From: Balamuthia mandrillaris
Lineage: Eukaryota
Direction: 5' to 3'
Length of the DNA stretch: 20,000 nucleotides
Assembly (NCBI GenBank): GCA_031835245.2
Contig: JAVKOQ020000030.1
Span: 300,805-320,804, forward strand
Within the stretch, counting starts at the first letter, position 1, and each line of letters starts with the position of its first letter. The notes under the pieces are model-generated. The model was not told where the DNA came from and searched no databases. It saw only the letters and a list, made by a program, of their open reading frames with translations. The translations under genes were made by a program, and so were the position numbers. Shown piece after piece: positions 1 to 10,512 of this stretch.

Positions 1-474
1 TCAAAGGTTTTGAACCCCATAGCGAGATAAGATTTGCTAACAACAACAAAAAAGGAGCAGTTTGTATTGTTTATGTTTATAACATGCTTTTGCGAGCTTT
101 CCCAGGATAATAAAGAACATCAGCTGCTACATTCCGAAACTCTCCCAGCCAATCCGTTTGGTCGTTCAATCTGTGTTGACTAATGAACAGGAAACTCCAA
201 CTTGAAATGTCCATTTGAAGGCAAAAATGACTAAAAACCAAGTTTTTTTGAGCAGCCAGCCTCCCCAATCTTCCAAAAGCTATATTATCAACTGCAAATG
301 GAGAAAATATGAGAGAAAAGGGAAATGGTCATCATTGAAGTGCTTTTAGGGGAAAACAGTCTTTATTAAAGGTGTTAATAAGCCCACTACGCCCTCCAAG
401 TGGAAAGATCTGCATGGCCTGGAGCAGTGAGAAGGATTGCGCAGCATTCTCTTTGCCTTTTTATTGTCGTGGCA

Positions 475-3220
475 TTAATAATTTACAGTGGTACGTAGCC
501 TGATGGTCTTACGACTTGCCTTCTTTTGCAACACCAAAACCACGAGAACAGCTCCCACCGCCACCGCCACCACAAACAACACCACCGGGATGGTGATCTT
601 CCACCACAATCCATCGTCATCCTCGTCTTCATCTTCTTCCTTTTCGTCCACCAGAAGAGACATGTCAGGGTCCAACAACAAGGAGGAGCCTTGCGCGAAC
701 CAAGGCAAGGTGATGACCAGCTTCTCTTCTTCTTCTTCCCACTCCACTCCCACCTCCACCACTGCTGCTTCTTCCTCAGGGTCGTTCAGGAGAAGCACAG
801 CCAAAGGCAAGACGTTCAAGGGGATCTCTGTGTTCTCCGTCCCAAGCTTCAGCATCCACACCGCGTTCTCCTGGGATTGCTCTTGGGATCGCAAGGAGAT
901 GACCCCATCCTGGCTGGAGAGGGAGAGATGGAGCTGCAAGGAGTGGGTGCGGTGTTGGAAGGGCCAGGAGGAGAGCAACAAGCTCCACTTGAGGGTGTTG
1001 GCTGCCATGACCTGCTCCACTCCCGCGAAGCTCATGACCTGCTCTTCCGCGAACATGGTGAACTCCACTTTCATCGCGATGCTTTCTGTCAAGTTCCTCT
1101 GCTCCATGCTGCCTTCTCCTCCTCCTCCCTCCCCAGCCACAGTGAGGAGAGAGGAGATGTTGGTGGAGAAGGAGATGAAAGGAAGGGCATGGTTGAGGTT
1201 GAAAGTGGTGTTGCCCAACTCCTCCACCACGAATTCCCTTTCCTGCAATGATGCCAGGGCCACCACTCGGCCCTCTTCATCCACTTCCTTCAAAGTGGCG
1301 AACTGAGCAGAGACCGAGCGGTTGAGCAAGGGCTGGTTGTTGTTTTGAGGGTCAAGGAGAGAGAGGGTGTGGTCTGGTGCGTTCTCGGTGGGGAAGCTGA
1401 CAAACAGAGTACTATCTGATGGCTGAAAAGTCGGCTGCAAAGACACCTCAATGAAGGAGTCCATGTCCAAGAAGAACGAGGCGGTGAACGGGTCGGGAGG
1501 AACTGCTTGAATAGTGATGGTGGCTACATCTCTTCGCGATGTTGGCAATCGAGTAATGGCCAGCCGTGCTTGCTCGTTACGAGATACTTCGATCGTAACA
1601 TTCAATACTGAAGAAGCACTAGTGGGGTCAGTGGGTGAAGGCTCGGTGACGAAGTGTTCGCCATAGAACAATCCTGCTGACAGCTCCAAGTAGAGATGAA
1701 GTTGCAAGGAACCTTCACCAGCTGGAAAATGGGAAAGAAGAGGAAGAGCTAGAGAGCCTTGGGGAGACAGAAATTGCAGGGAAGGAGATGGAATATCCCA
1801 TGCTACGACCGGAAAGTCGTTGCAGTCGCATGATGCTCCCTCACATGGGGTGAAGCACACGACGGAAGCATCATCAGCAACTTGGAAGATGTTTGTGTCG
1901 TCACTTTCTTGAAAGTCAATGGCTAAAAAACTGCGAAGTGCTGTTGACCCAGAAACGAAGTTGAAATAATGTCCAGATACAATATTACGTTTGAAGGAGA
2001 CGCGACCATTCGTTTGCAATGAGCTGGAACCTTGCAGGTTAACTGATAGTAAGAGAGAAAGCAACTCTTTAGGGCGATGCTTTTCAGAGCAGATGAAACA
2101 CGGAATACACGCAGCTAGATAAAGATATGTACCCACGTCACTACAAGCAATATCTTCAAACAGCATGTCAGCCCCGTCCATAGTAACGGTTGTGGTTCCA
2201 AGCAGCTCAAGAACAGGACGCGTTCCTGCATGGTTGCCTTGATAGATGAGAGCACCGCCACTGCTTTTTGCATCACAATCCTGCAGTCTCGTCAGCACTT
2301 TTTAAATAAATCAGCTAAACAAAGTACGAGTTGATATAGAACTAAAATCACACCTTTATCATTTTCAATACACGAGTCCGCTAATGCAACGCTTCCAAAA
2401 GTCCAATCCACGTGATACAGCGCCAATGGCTCTGTTGAAGCAAGAAGTCAGTTTAAAAAGAGCATGGAAACTAGTAAAACAATGGAACCTTTGTAGTTGT
2501 CTCCTCCACAAGTCAGGCCCCTCATTTCAAAGTTCTTCATGTCCAACTTGCTGTGTTGGTTGGGCGGAGCTTCATGGACCAGAACGAACCCCCCGTTGGC
2601 GCCTTGGATGAGGAGGTCATGAACGACCACGTTGATTGGGACAGTAACTCGGAACAGGAAAGCGATGCCAGAGCATTCCACAACGAGATGGCTGAAAGTC
2701 AGGTTGAAGGATTCAAGGTTCAAATACTGAAGGCTAAAACAAGCTTCAACAAGGCCACCCAAGCCACCTGTTGAGCCTTTTATCACAGGGCGTGTGGCCT
2801 CTCCTTTCTCCAACCATCCCCTGTTTTTTTTTTTTTGTTAAAAAAAAGCTTGCTGGTTTAACGAGAAGAACGGACGAAGGGATGAGAGAGAAAAAGACCT
2901 GTAGGTCACGCTGCGGGTGATGTTGGTAAACTGCGGCATTTGGTACTCCCCCGCCGCAAGAACATACTCATCAAAAACCATTTCCGGTGCAAAAGGGTTG
3001 TCACACGGGTCCGTTGCTGTACACGTTTCTCCGGAAGCGCCGGCTTGGAAGTATCCTGCAAACCCGAACCAAACAAGAAAGAAAAAGAGCAACATTCGCT
3101 CAACGACAGGAGTTCAAAAAAACCTTTTTTTTTTTTCTGTTACGGACCTGTGTTGGCGGCTGCCATGGAACAAAGCCAGAGCAGCGAATAGAACGCTACA
3201 ATGGTGGCGTGCCTGGCCAT
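475..3220 (-). CDS. Type I membrane/cell-surface protein (~820 aa): signal peptide, large ectodomain, ComC-supersandwich-like juxtamembrane domain, single TM, short basic tail
   Basis: Spliced model, exons 3220-3148, 3055-2899, 2820-2489, 2431-2354, 2297-475 (2463 nt, all GT-AG, phases consistent). The N-terminus MARHATIVAFYSLLWLCSMAAA looks like a signal peptide. The C-terminal FAGVEQVMAANTLKWSLLLSSWPF...LQLHL...ITLPWF...LLLDPDMSLLV resembles the Dictyostelium ComC supersandwich domain. It is followed by an acidic linker, TM WWKITIPVVLFVVAVAVGAVLVVLVL and QKKASRK. Domain call is by recalled motif similarity, not a search. Confidence 0.85.
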
Positions 3221-3638
3221 CCTTGTTCGCTGCTCTGCTTTCTGCAATGCTTCTCCTGCTTTCCGCTGCCAGCAATACACGAAAGACCCTTTGCCAAATG
3301 AATTAACACCACGAGCTGCCCCAAATATAGGGGTGCCGCTTCGATCTCGTTTTTCAAAACGCCAATGGAAAATCATAGTGTTTCATTTCCAACTTAAAGA
3401 AATCCCATAATAGTATATATACTTTTTGTCGACAAATTAGAAAGTGCTATGAATTTCCATTCGTTGATCTGTAATGCGATCTGATTTTAACTAAAATGTC
3501 GACAATAGAAGAAAATCAAAGAAGAAAGCGAAAAGAGAGATCGCAACACAACCCAACAACCCCCTCGGCTTCCTCTCCTCCTCTCTCTCTCCCCCTCTCA
3601 CGCCTCCTCGCGCCTCCTCACACCCTCCCCCCCAAAAT

Positions 3639-6231
3639 ATGCTGTCCCTGAAAGCGCAGGGTCCCAAGGGACCTGTCCAATTGGACTACTCCAACGACGC
3701 GGACGACCTGGAGAAGAAGTTATCCACGGCGGAGGCGGCGGTCAACCTGGTGCTCCCGCTCTGCTACCATTTCTTTGAGGACCTGAAGGCCTTTCGAGAG
3801 GAGCTGCAGAGCGTGGTGGACCTGCTGAAGAACGGGCGGCTGGCCTACCTGCCAAAGATCTCAGAGACAACGCTCCATCGCATAGACACGAATGCTCTCG
3901 GCCACCTCTTTGGCACTATGGTTTGATCGGATCCCCTTTTTTTCTTTTCTTCCATTCGTCGATGTGAAGCTTACTGTAAAAGAAAAAATACAGATATTTT
4001 GTTATGAGGGCCTCAAAAAATATGAGAAAAAGGGGAAGAGCAGCATAGGAAAGAAGGTAACGTTCGTTCATTCATTCTCTTCTCTCGTTCCTATTCTCGC
4101 CCTTCTTTCGTTCTCTGTTTCTCCTTTCTTCATTCTTCTTTATCGGCTTCTAACTTGTATTCCATGTTTCTCTCGCTCTCGCTCTCGCTCTCTCGCTCAC
4201 TCGCTCACTCGCTGTCTCACTTCGCTCAAACAAACAGCTAAAGAAAGAGATCGCAGCGTTGACCTTGCAAAAAGAAATCGAAGCCTTCGTCAAACTGTTG
4301 AGAGAGAGCCAAACGGATCCCTTTCACCTAGTGCGTGAAGGAGAGCTCAAGCAGCTCAAAGCTTTCATACTCAAAGCCGAGAACAAAGGCATCAGCACAG
4401 GCTCTTCCGGCGTTTCGCAGATCATGTCTCAGGTTCAAGGACGGAGCAAACAAACGTTGTTGCATGTTGCTTGTGACCTCAGTCGCAGCAGCAATGCCAA
4501 AGCCAAGGCCAAACAGTTGGACATTGTCAAGTATTTGTTGAGCAAGAGTGACGCCAACGATGTGAATGCCATGGATGCTAATAATTGGACACGTAATGTC
4601 TCTTTAGTTTCTGTTTTTTCATCTCTCTTGCTGCGCTTCTCTCTCACTCTCGCCCTCTCTCTACTGTTGGCGCTACTCCTATTTATCTGTTGCTTATTTC
4701 TTCCGTTCTCTTTCTACTTCAGCACTACATGTGGCTTGTGAGACAGGAAATGTTCACTGCATATCACTCCTGTTGGAAAACAGGTTCTGTGATGCTTCTC
4801 TTCTCACAGTAGATGGTTCTTCTCCTATTCATTACTTTGTGCGGAAGACCGGCCAAAATGCTGAGTTTAAGAACTTGGACGACTCTGTTTATATTTCTCT
4901 GTTGGACAGATTGGTGGATAAAGGAGGCAACGCTCTAGCTGTCAATATGAACGGCGAAACAGGTATCTTTCCTCTTTTCCCGTTCTTTGTGCCTCCTCTC
5001 TTCTGCTTCCTTTCTAGTTTCTATCGTATTCTCACTTTGTTTATTGTGTTCTGTCCCCATCGCAGCGTTACACAAAGCGGCTAGCAAAGGAGCCTCTATG
5101 GTAGTCATTGAATGGTTGCTAAAGAGCGGCATTAACATAAACGCTTTGACCAAGTATGTACTCTCGTCTTGTTCTTCCAGTTCTTCCAGTTCTTCTAGTT
5201 CTTCTCCTTCTTCTTCTTTTTCTTTTCTTCTTCTTCTTCTTCTTCTTCTTCTTCTTCTTCTTCTTCTTCTTCTTCTTCTTCTTCTTCTTCTTCTTCGTCT
5301 TCTTCCTGTTTTCTTCTTGTTGTTCTGATATGAACTCTTTCCTTTGTTTTCCGACGAAAGATATGATGAAACGGCATTACATATGGCTGTAAGGGCTTCC
5401 GACGCAAACATGGTGCAAATACTATTAGAATTGGGAGCAGACAAGTCCGTAGGCGGCAAAAGCGGACAAACAGCATTAAGCGTGGCCTCCGAACAAACCA
5501 AAATATCACGAGGAAGGGCGGACTCTCAACTTGTTCTCTCTTTACTAAGTGGAGAGAAGGCCATCTCTGATTCTGTCAGAGAAGCAGCACATGAACGAAA
5601 GAAAATGGAAGAACAAGGAAGAAGGAGTACTGTCAGCGGCAATTCCTCTGCAAAAGGAAAGGCTTCTTTGTCGGCTTCAAAGAAGAAGAAGAAGAAAAGG
5701 TCTCCTTCTCCGCGCACGAAACAAGCGGGTGATGAGAAGATCAAGAAATTGTTGGAGGGACTTGGCTTGGAGAAGTATTACGACATGTTCATAGAAGAAG
5801 AATTCTTGTGGGAGGATTTGGAGGTGTCCACTGACGAAGGTGTGTAATTCCCATCGTCTTTTCATCGCTCCCTATTGTTCTCTTCCTTCCGTTCATCGTA
5901 CCCTTCATTGTTCTCCCTGTTGTTCTCTTCCTTCTATATCTTCTCTTTCCCTTCTAACTTTTGCTTGAACAGATTTGAAAGCATTGGGACTGAAAAAGGG
6001 ACCAAGAATGCGGATCCTGCGCGCCTTGCAAGGCTCCGAAGATTTCGGTTTGTCTTCTTCTCCTTCTCCTTTCACCTTCTCTTTCCTCCTTCTCCTTCTT
6101 GTTCTCCTTTCTCCTTTCTCCTTTCTCCTTTCTCCTTTCTCCTTTCTCCTTTCTCCTTTCTCCTTCACTCACCATTCACCACCACAGATCAACAATTGGA
6201 TACCATTGTGTCCAGTTCCGATGAGCATTAA
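3639..6231 (+). CDS. Ankyrin-repeat and C-terminal SAM domain protein (~541 aa)
   Basis: Exons 3639-3920, 3994-4056, 4238-4592, 4723-4962, 5066-5153, 5361-5839, 5973-6047, 6188-6231 (1626 nt). Ankyrin motifs QTLLHVAC, WTPLHVAC, SSPIHY, GETALHKAA, DETALHMAV and GQTALSVA, two of them restored only after splicing. SAM domain: IKKLLEGLGLEKYYDMFIEEE...STDEDLKALGLKKGPRMRILRAL. Confidence 0.9.
5225..5296. repeat. (TTC)n microsatellite, ~24 copies, intronic
   Basis: Perfect trinucleotide run inside intron 5154-5360 of the ankyrin-SAM gene, flanked by degenerate copies. Confidence 0.95.
6102..6165. repeat. (TTCTCCT)n heptamer tandem repeat, ~9 copies, intronic
   Basis: Directly visible within intron 6048-6187. 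Confidence 0.9.
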
Positions 6232-6393
6232 CCCTTTTTTTTTGTTTTTTTTTTCTCTTATTTGCTGCACATTATTTTTTTCTGTTATTTTTTTTTTTGG
6301 GTTAAGTGTGCAGAATAGTTTTTTGTTGTTTTTCTGTATTGTTTTTGTTTAAACTACAAAAGAAAAAAAGTTTGTATGCTTTTTTTTCTCCTC

Positions 6394-8653
6394 TCACAGT
6401 TGCCGTGTTGTTGTTGTTGAGTCGTTATTCATTGCTTGCAACTGACGATTAAACGAAAGAAAGAAAAAGAAGTTGAGATTAGTGATAAAGCCTGCTCCTG
6501 CCTGTTTGTGTGGTTTTTAAAAGTCATTTTCTGTTTCCAAAATAAAATGAAAAGCAAAGAAGGACAAAACCTGAATACTGTCCAAACGATGAAAGAGCTG
6601 AACGGTAGCTTGGCGCACAGCTGGAGAGGAATGAAACAGATTTACAGCGAGTGGGTTCAATCCGCCTTGTGACTCGGGCAACAAAGATAAAAACTGAGAG
6701 ATAGCAAAATAACAAACAAGCTCAGCCGTATTGTTCTCAAAAAAAAAAGATAGCAACAGTACCTCGATCACCCGTTCTTTGGTGGTGATATGCTTTGTGA
6801 AGAGGTCATAAATCTCTATCATCTCGCTTTCGGTAATGTCGGTGCGAATGCGCAGCTTTCGAATGCAACGCTCCACCTTTGGCTCTTGAATGGCGCTCTG
6901 TTTGCGTTGTTGCTTGATGGCTTTTTTGTAGGTCTCAAAGCTGGATGTCTTCTTCCATGCTTCGATGCGCACGCGATTGGCGTCGTAGGCGATTTGCCGT
7001 TCTGCTACTGTACAAAACTCTTCTTGACCCAAAGCAATGTCAAGGATGTGTTTCACGTATTCCTGTATTTGGTTTTGTTGGTTAAAAGCGAGAAGAAGGG
7101 AAGAGAAACAACATGAGAACAGGAAGCCTTAAAAAAAAAGAAAGGAAATACTTGGAACAGATGTTTGATGTGTTCGTCGCTCATGTGATTGGTGATGGCA
7201 GTAATGACCTTTAGGAAAAAGTCATTGTCGTGTTTTGTGTAGGGTTGTTTTTCAGCGGACATTGTCTGCGGATTGAGTATGATCTTGCCCGTCTCTACAT
7301 CGGCAAGCACATCCCACCAATCCACTTTTTCCTGTTTAGCGGAAATAAAAGAAGAGCATTTAATATGTACGAAATAACAAAACTGAAAAAAGGAAGAGGC
7401 GAGAGAGAGAACGTACTTCAAACAAGTTGTTTGCCACTCCAGCTATATACCCAGGCCTTCAAAAAAAAATCAGATATCAGCAAAGAGAGAACAAGAGAAG
7501 GAGAGAAGAGTGCGCACTTGTTCAAAAAGTCAAGTGAAGCGATATTGGTGTAAGGAAAGCTTCGTTGGATGATGCCAGTGAGAGGAGGGCACATCATGCC
7601 AACAATCGCCAAAACGCAGTTGCAGATCTCGTCCGAAGTGATAATATCTTTACCTAGAAATAGGATTCGCTTTTCCATCAAAGCAGCATTCAACAGCGTC
7701 ATGGTTCCGCCCTGGAACTTTTTCACCAACGGAATGACTTGAAACTATGTTCATTGATAAAGAGAGAAAGGAGAAAGCAAAAGCACAAACGTAAGTAAAA
7801 CACTTGAGCAGAGGAAAGCAAAAGTAAAGAGCTAGGGGAGAAATTGCAGGAAAACTTACATCGCTAACTTCATCAGGGAAGACAGTAAGCGGGATTTTGA
7901 TGGAAATAGGTGTGGTAAACCGAATCTTGGTTGAGAACTCGGTCTTGGCTTTATCTGGTGTTTGAGACATACGCAGCATCAACATCTGATGCATTGTGAG
8001 AGAAGGCATTTCCCTTAAATCTATTGAATTGATGGAATCGTAGAGTTGAGCCAATATATCTCTTTCTTTGCCTTGAGCTTTGAATATATTATCCAGAGCT
8101 AGCACTAATAATGGCTTTTATGTGTATGTTTAGTCAAAGAGAGGGGAAGGTAGAGAGAGAGAGAGAGAGAGAGAGAAGGAAAAAGAGCAGAACAGAAGAG
8201 CAGAAAGCGAAGAGTGTACAGAAGAACAAAATGAGAAAAATCAAACCTTAAATACATGAATAAAAGGATGAGGAGAACAAAGAGAAATAGCCTTGACTAC
8301 GGCCCCTCTCTTTACGCTGTCGTCTTTCAAGTTGGTTACTCGGTTCAGACAATACAGGAAGGGTCTTTGTTGTTCTGCTGAAACAGAAGAAGATAAATCC
8401 TGATTTGTCTCTTTTGTGTCGTTGGCTCCTGCTGCTTTAACTGATGTATCTTTGCAATAAAAATAGCACATGAGAAACGAAAGAATGAATACAAGAATGT
8501 TTTCACTTAAGTACACAAATACAACCAAAAAGAATTGTAGCTACCTGGAAAATTGCCATCGATGATGTCGTCAATATGTTTGGAGAAAGTTGCTTCCACT
8601 TCTTCTGAAGGAAATCTAAATCCTGTGATGATAGCGTTAATAAGAAACAGAAG

Positions 8654-8698
<45 letters not shown>

Positions 8699-9161
8699 GA
8701 GAAAGTACCTAAAGCAGCGCCCGTATCCAGCAACACACAGGAGAACATTGGCTCTAATTGGGTATAGTCTAAGTCCTCATGCTTATTTCTTTATTCATAC
8801 GTACAGAACAAAAATAATAGGGTCAAATGTGAGTTTCTGGAACAAAAGAGAGGATGAAGATAAAGCAAAGAGTAGAAAGGTGTACATTGCGTAAGTAGTT
8901 TCTCCGCTCATTTCATGTACTTCAACACAACCTGGCAACAAGTAGACGCTTTTCTTGCCCTTAAGACACCATCCTTTATTGTGTTGAGGCAACATCTAAG
9001 AAGAAGTAGAAGAAGGAGAAGCAGAAGAAGAACAACAAAAAGAAGCAGAAGAAAAAGAAGAAAACAGGAAGAAGAAGAAGAAGAACAAGAACAAGAACAA
9101 CAAGAACAAGAACAAGAACAACAAGAACAACAAGAACAAGAACAAGAACAACAAGAACAAG

Positions 9162-9240
<79 letters not shown>

Positions 9241-10037
9241 TAACAAAGACAAAAGGGAGCGCTGAAGGCGACGAAGAAGAAAAGACAAGCAATGACCACA
9301 ACAACTAGTTTGAGGTCGACAAACTAAGCAAAACAAAACGAACCTTCATCTTGTCCTTCAGCATATTCGTATAGAAAAGCTTCAAAAGGTGGACTTTATG
9401 CCCAGAAAAAAAGAGCGTTACACCACAAAAAATATCACAGAGAGAGAAGAGAGAAGAGAGAAGCGAAAGAGAGAGGAGACAGAGAGAGAGAAGAGTAAAG
9501 CAAAGTACCAAATGAGAGTATCGTTATAATTGTGTTGTTGTTGTTTCGAGGACGCAGCCGTCGGCGATGGATCCAGATGAGGCAACGACTCTTTCGGTCC
9601 TCCTTTCTGCATGCCCAACAAAAAGAAAGGGAGTGGAAAAGAAAAGAAAAGAAACCAAAATGAGATAACAGAGAGAAAGAAGAGAGCAAGCAAATCGTTA
9701 CCACTTGTTCATCTCTATTCAAAAAGAAAATCGTCCAATCATCATCGCGTTTATGCAAACCGTCTGGCAACATCATTTCTGCCAAAAATCTTGCAAAAAC
9801 AACGAATAAAAAAAAAATCAACCCATTTGGTAATAAGAAAAAACATGAGAGCGAGAGAGAGAGAGAAAAAAAAATCAAACGGTACTGTTCACAAGCGCTT
9901 CCGGCATTTGGGAATTCTTTGCAAGTGACGGGCTCAGGATACTGTTGCGAGATGCTGCTGCCGGTGGTGATGTCGAACTGGGCCAACACCAAAAAATGGA
10001 CGTGCCGCTGGTGGCTATTGTTGTGGGCCGTCGTCAT
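6394..10037 (-). CDS. Afi1/MesA-family (DENN-like, SPA domain) cell-polarity protein (~689 aa, 15 exons)
   Basis: Exons 10037-9886, 9789-9702, 9606-9509, 9393-9344, 8973-8886, 8788-8709, 8622-8545, 8449-8247, 8114-7860, 7744-7518, 7456-7417, 7331-7152, 7062-6763, 6693-6571, 6501-6394 (2070 nt, open throughout). Motifs LVLAQFDITTGSSISQQYP, LAEMMLPDGLH...DWTIFFL, VKRGAVVKA, LLNAALMEKRILFLG, RSFPYT, PGYIAGVAN, WWDVLADVETGKI and GGLNPLAVNLFH resemble fungal Afi1/MesA proteins. Confidence 0.88.
8658..8694. repeat. (AG)n dinucleotide microsatellite, intronic
   Basis: Visible run in intron 8708-8623. A similar run lies at about 8152-8176. Confidence 0.9.
8999..9240. repeat. Compound (GAA)/(AAGAAC)/(CAA)n microsatellite, intronic
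   Basis: Grades from GAA-rich to GAACAA to a perfect (AAC) run of ~26 copies at 9162-9240, inside intron 9343-8974 of the Afi1/MesA-like gene. Confidence 0.95.
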
Positions 10038-10512
10038 CTCTGTTCGCAATCTTTCCGTCTTTCTTTTTCGTTTTTATTCTCCACAATTTGGACCTTACGT
10101 CACACATTCCTTACATGGTTAAAAGTTACATAAGCAAAGTGAATGAATTCGAGCACGTCATACTTGCCTCTTATGGTTTGTAATGACATCACCCTCTACG
10201 AATCGAGACAGCACCGACATGACTCGCTGGAGGTGCAATTTTGTCTATACAAGGATCACGCTCGCTCATGGGAGTTGCAGTGGACATGTCGGCTGACCAT
10301 TCCTCTTCTTCCAAAGTTTGGGGAGATAGTTCCCTCAATCGACACAATTTGTCTTTTTTTGAGCATAATAAAAAAAAATAGAGAACAAAGAAAGCAAAAC
10401 AAGAAGATAAGCAGAAGCAGCCAGAACCAACCACCCCCCGCTCCCACCTCCCCCCTCCCCCCCCAAAAAAAAAAAATAAGACGAGAGGGCGTAACTTTGG
10501 CACTCCCTTACC

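Noticed and set aside
1..300. Possible terminal exon(s) of a neighbouring gene (+ strand GT at 60 to AG at 106) or the 63-aa - strand ORF 77-268
   Set aside because: No recognisable motif and several equally weak readings; cannot be supported without upstream sequence.
488..1306. Long + strand ORFs (272 and 241 aa) opposite the membrane-protein gene
   Set aside because: Antisense shadows of a GC-rich coding exon, low-complexity and without motifs.
8908..9336. Poly-Q/C/V/L ORFs here and poly-R/E/F/L ORFs at 4935-5509
   Set aside because: Translations of intronic microsatellites.
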